In this document: piece by piece, positions 21,228-29,264 of the stretch
Numbering within the stretch: the stretch's first letter is position 1
How the letters are laid out: every line of letters begins with the position of its first letter
DNA from: Amphiscolops sp. MND2022
Taxonomy: Eukaryota
NCBI GenBank assembly: GCA_964187785.1
Contig: OZ076416.1
Coordinates: forward strand, 47,678,001 to 47,742,000
Reading direction: 5' to 3'
Length of the DNA: 64,000 nt
The notes under the pieces: generated by a model
What the model was told of the DNA's origin: nothing
The model's input: only the letters and a program-made list of their open reading frames with translations
Database searches by the model: none
Made by a program: the position numbers and the translations under genes

Positions 21228-21692
21228 GTTGTCTTCCATGACAACTTCCTCCGTGGTATCGTCGTCGTCGAAGACTGGATAGTCAAAACCATAGCGATTG
21301 ACAGCTAAATCGAATAAATTGGGTGAAACTGACGATCTAGCAGTTCAACTAGTACCCGTTGGGGACAGTGTTGCCACCCCCGAGTCTGAGGTAGAGGCGT
21401 TGTCGATCACAATTTCTTGTCCTTCCCAGCCTCTGATTGGTCCTTGCACATCGGGTAAATTCTCATGGACCTCGTATGGTCGCTGTCGCTCTGCGTCGGT
21501 GAGTGGACCCCCAATCAAAGCCTCCTCCATGAACCGCAGTCTCCTGCTCTCCAGTAGATTCCACACCGACAGAGGTATTTCTATTGAATTTTCAACGGAT
21601 TCATTGGGAAGGGTTCGAACTTCCAGCAAAACAGAGTCCGGTCCAAACTCTAAAGACCAGTTCTTTTGTTCGTTCGAAACTGAGAAGATCAT
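21000..21692 (-). pseudogene. ~230-aa protein (PC4-like N-terminus, acidic poly-Asp tail) interrupted by one in-frame TGA at 21345-21347
   Basis: Track ORFs 21345-21692 and 21000-21239 share a frame, and the 35 codons between them are open (TARSSVSPNLFDLAVNRYGFDYPVFDDDDTTEEVV). Confidence 0.7.
21178..21225. repeat. (TCA)16 microsatellite encoding a 16-Asp run on the minus strand
   Basis: Counted directly in the sequence. Confidence 0.95.
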
Positions 21693-21885
21693 ATTGCAAC
21701 ACTGGACTGTTTACAATGAACGATTACAGTGAAATGTTGATAAACGCATGTGTTGATTCTGGAGTGATTCGATAAATAATGGAGTGAAACAGTATATTTT
21801 GTGAAAATACCGTCAACCAATTAAAATTTAGATGCAACGAATATAATCCAAGGGATAGAACTTGAGCGAATTGAGAAGAATGAAT

Positions 21886-22518
21886 TCAATTGGTTTTGAG
21901 ATTGTAGTGACTTCCAGTACAAAATGTGGATAAAATGAATGATCGACTGGTAAACAATTTGAATATTTCAGTATGATGTAAATCAATAAATTCAACCAAT
22001 TGAAACTGGTCTCCTATTCGATTGAATTTTTTGAATGAGAAGAGCCAATTGTTATCGAGTCCAAGACGGAAAGATAATCTGATGTGACGTGAAGGATCCT
22101 CTCTTATTTCATGGACGTGATGACAGAAAAGATCGTCTGTCGCGAAAGAATATCCAAAAGGATTTTTAGGGGTTGGTAGTCTGTAGTAGTTTGAATTCTT
22201 TACCTTCTTGTATCGCTCGACGAAATCGCTCAATTGATATATAACTGCAGCAAATTCTTGTTTGGTCACAATTAATTCTTGTGCAAGGAAATATCGCTGT
22301 TTCAATTTAGAAGAATCGAACCTGAAAACTTTAAAAGTGAACGAGTTTTTATTGGAGCTTCTGCTCACACGTAAAAGTCGACCTTCTACAGTTGAAATGT
22401 TTAGAAGATAGTAAAAGAAGTAGGAGTCGATGTCAGTTTCGTCTAAAAAGTCCTCTGGAATTTCTTCGTAGATAGAGTATAACTTGCGCAGAGCAGGCAG
22501 TTTGTTTTTTAAAGACAT
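21886..22518 (-). CDS. Hypothetical protein, ~210 aa from MSLKNK, two putative PC4/PUR-like repeats
   Basis: Intact ORF (track start 22539 is TTG); FTFKVFRFD..RYFLAQELIVTKQEF and LFSFKKFNRIGDQFQLVEFIDLHHTEI repeats. Confidence 0.7.
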   Translation of the reverse strand: MSLKNKLPALRKLYSIYEEIPEDFLDETDIDSYFFYYLLNISTVEGRLLRVSRSSNKNSFTFKVFRFDSSKLKQRYFLAQELIVTKQEFAAVIYQLSDFVERYKKVKNSNYYRLPTPKNPFGYSFATDDLFCHHVHEIREDPSRHIRLSFRLGLDNNWLFSFKKFNRIGDQFQLVEFIDLHHTEIFKLFTSRSFILSTFCTGSHYNLKTN

Positions 22519-23539
22519 GAACTGTTCTTCATAGAACAAATTGTGAAAAATGATTGAATTTTCAACCGGAGCAAAATTGTAAACTTTTTTGCAATCGAAC
22601 TAGCTTTTTTTTCATTGGTTGAGCTGTATCAGTTAAAAGAAAATCAATTTTGAGAGTTGTTTAACAACTTTCCTTTTATGGTCATAAGTCACATGTGTTT
22701 TTAATTAGAATGTTCCATTATTACGCATTAGTAATTTCCGCCATAGTCACGTGTCGCGTTGAAAGATACTCTTTCCAATTACTTTGTTCACAGTCAGTGT
22801 TCACAAATTCCCACATGTCAAGTTCCACTTGAACAATTCTCTCAGACAAGCTGTCACCGAGTCAAGAGATGCCTGTTCCACTTGAATGCATTTCTCAGAC
22901 TAATTGTCTCCACAGACTGGGAAACAGTTCCACTTAATTACACTTCGCGAGACAACGTGTCTTCACGCGTATGTCAGTTTTCAATCAAGTGTCTCTTGTT
23001 TCAAACACAAAGTCATTACTGAGGGGGAATCGTTCCGCTTGATTGATTTTGTTAGACATCCTGGCACCACATGTCACAGACTATTCCTTTTATAGTAAGA
23101 GCATTCCTTTTTAGTCAGTGTTGTATAAATATCTCACACGTTATCAATATAATTCCCAGGAGCATTGATTTGTTCATAATAAATCATTTTATGTTGAGAG
23201 AAAAACTTTCCGCTTGATTTAATTCTCTAGACTTTCTGGCACCACTTGTCACAAAAGCTTCCTTTTCAAGTGAGAGCATTATGTTGTTATACTTTTTGGA
23301 ACAGTTGTTCACAATGTATTCAGCATTTTGTCATGAATTGTCTTGCTGTACATATGAACTTCCAAATATGGATGAAAGAGTTCAGTGTAACAGACAACTA
23401 TAGGTTGAAAATTTGTTTTGTACGGGAAGGATTAGTCATGAAAATCTTAACTTACAACGATTGGATCACTTTGGATTTTTACATGCAAGTTGTGTGCAAT
23501 ATGTTCGCCGCGTGTGCAAAACTTCTGCGAGCTAGCTTA

Positions 23540-24298
23540 ATTTTTACTATGAAAGAGCTAGCGAGGAAAAAAGTGGTCAATGACGTCATTCCCTGTCTGA
23601 CTTCCCACTTTCCATATCCATAAAGTTACACTAGGCGGTCGTAGGCTTCTGAAAATTTGCATGTATGTAGCGCGTCACCTGTACTACCCACTCGCCAAGT
23701 ATTTGGGGGCTTGCTGGATTTTTACTATAAAAGGGCTAGCGAGGAAAAAAGTGGTCAATGATGTCATTCCCTGTCTGATTTCTCACTTTCTATATCCATA
23801 ACGTTACACTAGGCGGTCGTAGGCTTCTGAAAATTTGCATGTATGTAGCGCGTCACCTGTACTACCCACTCGCCAAGTATTTGGGGGCTTGCTGGATTTT
23901 TACTATAAAAGGGCTAGCGAGGAAAAAAGTGGTCAATGACGTCATTCCCTGTCTGACTTCCCACTTTCCATATCCATAACGTTACACTAGGCGGTCGTAG
24001 GCTTCTGAAAATTTGCATGTATGTAGCGCGTCACCTGTACTACCCACTCGCCAAGTATTTGGGGGCTTGCTGGATTTTTACTATAAAAGGGCTAGCGAGG
24101 AAAAGAGTTGTCAATGATGTCATTTACTGTCTGATTTCTCACTTTCCATATCCATAACGTTACACTAGACGGTCGTCGGCTTCTGAAAATTTGCATGTAT
24201 GTAGCGCGTCACTTGTACTACGCACTCGCCAAGTATTAGGGAGCTTGCTGGATTTTTACTATGAAAGGGCTAGCGAGGAAGTGGTCAATGACGTCATT
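23540..24298 (+). repeat. 178-bp tandem repeat, ~4.3 copies, in the long intergenic region upstream of pPolB
   Basis: GCTAGCGAGG recurs at 23557, 23735, 23913, 24091 and 24269. Confidence 0.95.
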
Positions 24299-24518
24299 TT
24301 CACATCAATTTTTCTTGCTTCAATTGTTTTTTAACCTTTTGTTCAAGCTGTGTACGTCCTTTTATGGTCAATTTTCCACTCACGCTACGAGCTATTCCTT
24401 TTTTGGTACGACAAACGATTTTTGATTGACGACTACCTCCTACTCGTATTGAGTTACGTATTGTCCAGTTTACATTTTTGTGTTTATTTATTTTGGTTAT
24501 TTTGAGTAAGTTGCTATC

Positions 24519-27500
24519 ATGCCTTCTATCAACCGAAATGAAAAAGTTACTTGCAGTTACTGCGGAACAAGTGTTAGCAAACAGAATTTATCACGTCACA
24601 AAAAATCTTGTACTAGAGGTACAAAAACATGTCCTCATTGTCCCAATTTTTACTACAAGACGCAAAAGGACCTCAATCACCACATTGCCACGAAGCATGC
24701 AGTGTCATATCCAGATGGACGTACAAAGTGCTCAAGTTGTGAAAAAGAATTTGCCAGCTATTACTCGTTGCAGAAACACAAAAAATCTGAGCATGGCAAG
24801 CGATCACGAATTCAAGACGTCAATGTGGACCTGGACTCGTTTATGAGTGATCATCGAGATCAAGAACTGCGCGAAGAACTTACAACGTGTAAACACTTTT
24901 TGGTTGACTCTGAGCTTGTTAGAGGTAGGCAACACGTTTTCAATTTCGCTTCAAATCGAATTGATCCGTCTTTCCTTAAGGATAAATTGCAACATGTTTA
25001 CGAGAATTTACAATGTGCGGCAAAAATTAATATGGCGCTCGGGTTTGTTCTTCGTAACGTAGAAGACGGAACATATCGTTACTTTTATGCACATGAGAAC
25101 AATTTACTTCTTGAAAGGTCACAACTCATTGCGAACAAAGAAGACTTGTTGGAGTTGCAGAAGAGTGTAGACGAACTGAATATTGTAGAACTGAGCGCGC
25201 GAGAGAGATCTTCAACCAAGTGGAAGTTCTTATTTGCTACCAAAGTGACATTTTTTGCAGCCTTACTCAAGAGCATTCCCGTAGGTTGCAAAGATGTTTT
25301 ATTACCACCTCACCTAGTCAAACGTGCAGACGTCAACTGCCTCACTTACAAGGCGAACAAAGAACGTTACAACGACAATTTATGCTTGTTGAGAGCAGTT
25401 TGCATGCACAAGACAGGAACGGAAAGATTAGAGGAGGAAACTTCTAAACTCTTGAACGCCTTGCTCGACATCAATTCCAACTTGTCTGTTGAGAATTTTC
25501 GAGGAGTTGCTCCGGAAGATATTCACGTCGTTGAAGATCTAGCAAAGGTGAACATCTTAGTGTATGATATTGAAGTATCAGAAAATGGAATTGTCGGAGA
25601 ACTTGCTCAACGATCTTTGCAGAGATTCAACTCAACGGCTACTTTGCTGCGCTACAACAATCATATTTGCTATGTCACTGATGTAAACAAAGTCTTCAAG
25701 GCGTTTCGCTGTCCGATATGTGACAAATTTTTCAAAAAAAGTGGAAACTTGCAGAGACATTTACCTAAATGCGACGAGCTGGTTAAAAACATCTATCCAA
25801 AAACAGTCTATCAACTTCGTGAAACGCTTTTCGATAAACTAAGAGCTTTCGATATCAAGTTTGCAGCGGACCAATCTCTCTTCAACAATTTTGCTGTCTT
25901 TGATTTTGAATCCATTTGTGTGAAAAATTCATCTCTTATTGATACAGAAACTACTACTTGGGTTGGCAAACATGAACCTATCTCAGTCTCAATAACGTCA
26001 AATCTTCTTCAAGAACCAATTTTTATTTGTGACTCTGATCCTCACTCACTAGTATCTACTTTCGTAACCACTCTCGAAAATCTTGCCGAGAAAAGTAAAC
26101 TCGAAATGAGTCTCAACTTTCATGAAATTGGTTCAGCCATCAAAGGAAAACTAGATCGTGTAATGTCAGCAATCAATAAAAGAAAAAGGACAATATCATC
26201 TTCCTCAGAAAAGTTTGGAGAGTCCTTATGCGAAACCGATAATGAGGACGATGAAGAAGTAACTGCATCGACACAGTTTCTTCTCACTCACAAAAACAGA
26301 CTAATTGAGCTTCAAGAGCATTTCGAGCGTTATGTCAACACTCTACCTGTCTTTGGTTTCAACAGCTCCAAGTATGATTTGAACTTGATAAAAGCGTACC
26401 TCATTCCTCTACTGGTTAATGAGAAAGGAATTGAACCAACAGTCATCAAGAAAGCAAATCAGTTTGTATCTTTCAAGTTCGGTAACATTCAGTTTCTGGA
26501 TATCATGAACTTCCTTGGAGGTGCAACTAGTCTTGATTCTTTTCTCAAAGCATATAAAACAAGTGAAACCAAGGGTTATTTTCCTTATGAGTGGTTTGAT
26601 AATGTTGAAAAACTGTCACAGCAATCACTACCCTCGTACGACGCGTTTTATAGTCGCTTGCGTAACTGCAACCCGCTCGATAAAACCTTTTCTGATTATC
26701 AGAATCATTTGAAAGCTGGATGTAGCAGTGAAGAAGCTCTTCGAAAACTCAAAGTTTCGGAAATTCCTCCAACGGGTGAAGAAAACTATGCGTACCTGCA
26801 GCAGGTATGGAATAGTCAAGGAATGCAGTCTTTTAAAGAATTTCTTCGCTGGTACAATAACAAGGATGTAGTACCCACTTTGGAAGCTATGAAAAAAATG
26901 ATTCACTTCTATCACGAAAAGGGTATTGATATTTTGAAGCTGGGTTGTACCTTACCAAACTTAGCAAACATCTGCCTTCATAGCTCCACAAGTGCAAAGT
27001 TCTACCCATTCCCCGCAGGAGATAAGGATTTGCTTGAGAAAGTGAGGGAAGATATGGTGGGTGGACCGTCAATTGTTTTCACACGGAAAGCGGTAGTCAG
27101 TGAAACAAAAATACGATCTTCATCGAATATTTGCAAATCATTTGTGGGTATTGATGCTAGCCAACTCTACCCTTATGCAAGGTGTCAACCGATGCCGACT
27201 GGGTTGTACAAACGCTGGGAATTCGATGCTGAATTGCAACGATTCAAGCCAAGAACCAACAAAGCACGATCGTTTGAAAACATTGTTATGGCTTATTTCC
27301 AAAACTCTCGACCGGACTGTAGTATAGAGAGCTTCTACACAACAGGAACTCAGAAAAAAATTGATTGTTTCAGCGTTGATGGATTTTGTGGTCACTGCGA
27401 CACAATTTTTGAGGCTCTCGGATGCTTTTATCATTTTTGTGAGTGTCAGGAAGTACAACCTTGTCTCACAGACGAAGACATTGACAGAGGACAGAAAAAG

Positions 27501-28844
27501 AGAGAAATGGATGAATTACGTCGATCTTATCTGCGAGAGAAGAATTATTCTATAATAGAAATGTGGGAATGTGAATGGAAGCAAAAACTTAGAGAAAACG
27601 ATGATATCAAGTCTTTTGTTCGATCAAGTTTTCCTTTCAAATGCCCTTTGAGCTTTAAATGCTTGCTCCATCGGATTCGCAGTGGGGAACTATTTGGTTA
27701 CGTTCAGTGTGATATAAGTGTTCCAGACAATTTAAAAGAAAAGTTTGCAACCTTTCCACCAATTTTCAAAAACACCTTCGTTTCTCGCTCAGACATTGGG
27801 GAGTTTATGAAACAGTACGCGGAAGAAAACAAGCTGCTGACTCAACCTCGAAGAATGTTGATATCGAGTTACCACCTTACCAATGGCACGATAATAACAC
27901 CTCTGTTTAATTTTTATCTAGATCTTGGTCTAACATGTACTCAAATTTATCGTTTCGTTCAGTATAATCCATTGAATTGCTTCAAAAGCTTTGTTCAATC
28001 TGCAGTGAATGCTCGGAGACAGGGTGACGAAAATCCACATTCCAGTGTTGTAGCGGAGACGATGAAGCTCTTGGCTAATAGCTCGTACGGATATCAGATC
28101 ATGGATAGGAGCCGACACACAATCACTAAATATCTGAACGATGAAAAAGCACACAAAGCCATAAACAGCAAATTTTTCAAGAGACTCAATTTTCTGAATG
28201 ATAACTTGTACGAAGTTGAAGCAGTTAAACCCGACGTAGAGCATAAAGAACCCATCATTGTAGGCTCTTTCATCCTACAATATGCAAAGCTACGAATGCT
28301 TGAATTATATTACAACTTTTTTGACAAGTTTTGCGACTTCAATTCGTTTGAAGAGATGGAAATGGATACTGATTCTCTCTACCTAGCTCTAGCGCAACAA
28401 TCTCTGGATGACTGTATAAAACCTGAAATGAAAGAAACTTGGATCAATCTTAGAAAAAACGATTGTGGCAACAACTTTTCCGCCAACTCGTCTATTAACT
28501 TCTTCCCACGAACTTGTTGTAACGTACATATCAAGCACGATAAGCGCGAACCTGGACTTTTCAAAGAGGAGTTTCGCTGCACGGAAATGATTTGTCTGTG
28601 CAGTAAAACCTATTGCTGCTTCGATCAGAAAACAGAAAAAATCAAGTTCAGCAGCAAAGGTCTCAACAAAAGAACTCTGGAGGAAACTGGCGCAGGACCA
28701 CTGGAAAAATACAGAAGAGTTCTTGAGGAAAAAACAAATGTTCAATCTACGAATCGTGGGTTCCGAGCAATGCAACATTCAGTCTGTACATACGAACAAA
28801 CAAAACGAGGGTTGTCATTTTTTATCCAAAGAGAATTGTTCTGA
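24519..28844 (+). CDS. pPolB: Protein-primed family B DNA polymerase (pPolB), 1441 aa, with frameshifted C-terminus (ancestral stop probably 28882-28884)
   Basis: ExoI VFDFES, ExoII FNSSKYD, ExoIII YNNKD; motif A GIDASQLYP, motif B KLLANSSYG, motif C MDTDSLY (DTD at 28365-28373), CSKTY, SSKG; N-terminal C2H2 fingers. Confidence 0.97.
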   Translation: MPSINRNEKVTCSYCGTSVSKQNLSRHKKSCTRGTKTCPHCPNFYYKTQKDLNHHIATKHAVSYPDGRTKCSSCEKEFASYYSLQKHKKSEHGKRSRIQDVNVDLDSFMSDHRDQELREELTTCKHFLVDSELVRGRQHVFNFASNRIDPSFLKDKLQHVYENLQCAAKINMALGFVLRNVEDGTYRYFYAHENNLLLERSQLIANKEDLLELQKSVDELNIVELSARERSSTKWKFLFATKVTFFAALLKSIPVGCKDVLLPPHLVKRADVNCLTYKANKERYNDNLCLLRAVCMHKTGTERLEEETSKLLNALLDINSNLSVENFRGVAPEDIHVVEDLAKVNILVYDIEVSENGIVGELAQRSLQRFNSTATLLRYNNHICYVTDVNKVFKAFRCPICDKFFKKSGNLQRHLPKCDELVKNIYPKTVYQLRETLFDKLRAFDIKFAADQSLFNNFAVFDFESICVKNSSLIDTETTTWVGKHEPISVSITSNLLQEPIFICDSDPHSLVSTFVTTLENLAEKSKLEMSLNFHEIGSAIKGKLDRVMSAINKRKRTISSSSEKFGESLCETDNEDDEEVTASTQFLLTHKNRLIELQEHFERYVNTLPVFGFNSSKYDLNLIKAYLIPLLVNEKGIEPTVIKKANQFVSFKFGNIQFLDIMNFLGGATSLDSFLKAYKTSETKGYFPYEWFDNVEKLSQQSLPSYDAFYSRLRNCNPLDKTFSDYQNHLKAGCSSEEALRKLKVSEIPPTGEENYAYLQQVWNSQGMQSFKEFLRWYNNKDVVPTLEAMKKMIHFYHEKGIDILKLGCTLPNLANICLHSSTSAKFYPFPAGDKDLLEKVREDMVGGPSIVFTRKAVVSETKIRSSSNICKSFVGIDASQLYPYARCQPMPTGLYKRWEFDAELQRFKPRTNKARSFENIVMAYFQNSRPDCSIESFYTTGTQKKIDCFSVDGFCGHCDTIFEALGCFYHFCECQEVQPCLTDEDIDRGQKKREMDELRRSYLREKNYSIIEMWECEWKQKLRENDDIKSFVRSSFPFKCPLSFKCLLHRIRSGELFGYVQCDISVPDNLKEKFATFPPIFKNTFVSRSDIGEFMKQYAEENKLLTQPRRMLISSYHLTNGTIITPLFNFYLDLGLTCTQIYRFVQYNPLNCFKSFVQSAVNARRQGDENPHSSVVAETMKLLANSSYGYQIMDRSRHTITKYLNDEKAHKAINSKFFKRLNFLNDNLYEVEAVKPDVEHKEPIIVGSFILQYAKLRMLELYYNFFDKFCDFNSFEEMEMDTDSLYLALAQQSLDDCIKPEMKETWINLRKNDCGNNFSANSSINFFPRTCCNVHIKHDKREPGLFKEEFRCTEMICLCSKTYCCFDQKTEKIKFSSKGLNKRTLEETGAGPLEKYRRVLEEKTNVQSTNRGFRAMQHSVCTYEQTKRGLSFFIQRELF

Positions 28845-28975
28845 GTGGAGTGATGGAGTTCACACAAAACCCCTCCTCTTGTGAAGTTTCCTGTTTATTC
28901 AACGTTTTTTTAAATTAAAATAAATAAAAGGAATACTTTTAGTTTCTATTGGTATTAATTTTTGATGTTATCCCA

Positions 28976-29258
28976 ATTTGTACTATCTAATTTACTTTTT
29001 AAAATATAAATGCAATCTTTTTGACAGTAGCCGCAATAAGATACCCGCACCCGCTATAATTAGCCGCACCCGCTATAATTAGCCGCACCCGCTATAATTA
29101 GCCGCCATAATTAGCCGCCCGCACTCGGGGCCCCTAGATTCAAACGACAAACTAGCAAACAAGGGGTGAAGACCCTTCTCGGCTCTCGGAGACATAACCT
29201 ATCTTAAAACATGAGGGTCTTCACCCCCCCTGGCTGTCTGGCTCGCCTATATACTACT
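28976..29258 (-). repeat. Right terminal inverted repeat (~283 bp)
   Basis: Ends ...CCTATATACTACT; reverse complement of the left TIR. Confidence 0.95.
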
Positions 29259-29264
29259 ATGTTC
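29259..29264. other. Target-site duplication, right copy (ATGTTC)
   Basis: Followed by TGAAGTCCGAAAAGG, the normal continuation of the satellite monomer. Confidence 0.95.

Larger units (their letters stand above)
12131..29258. mobile_element. Full-length Polinton/Maverick (adintovirus-like endogenous virus), 17,128 bp
   Basis: AGTAGT...ACTACT termini, TIRs, 6-bp TSD, and pPolB + rve integrase + A32-like ATPase + adenain protease + major and minor capsid genes. All of these are established hallmarks of Polintons. Confidence 0.97.

Noticed and set aside
21029-21292. Poly-His (plus strand) and poly-Met (minus strand) ORFs
   Set aside because: Alternative readings of the (TCA)16 tract; the poly-Asp frame is continuous with the upstream gene.
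22759-23623. Short ORFs (63-125 aa) in the long intergenic region
   Set aside because: TTG starts, no motifs, and overlap with repeated regulatory-like sequence.
23540-24298. CRISPR-like array interpretation of the 178-bp repeat or the TIR 19-bp repeats
   Set aside because: Units are contiguous near-identical repeats without unique spacers, there are no cas genes, and the context is eukaryotic.
13158-28778. Antisense and nested ORFs inside MCP, penton, integrase and pPolB (e.g. 15777-16244, 14227-14490, 28389-28778)
   Set aside because: Shadow frames of well-supported genes with no independent evidence.
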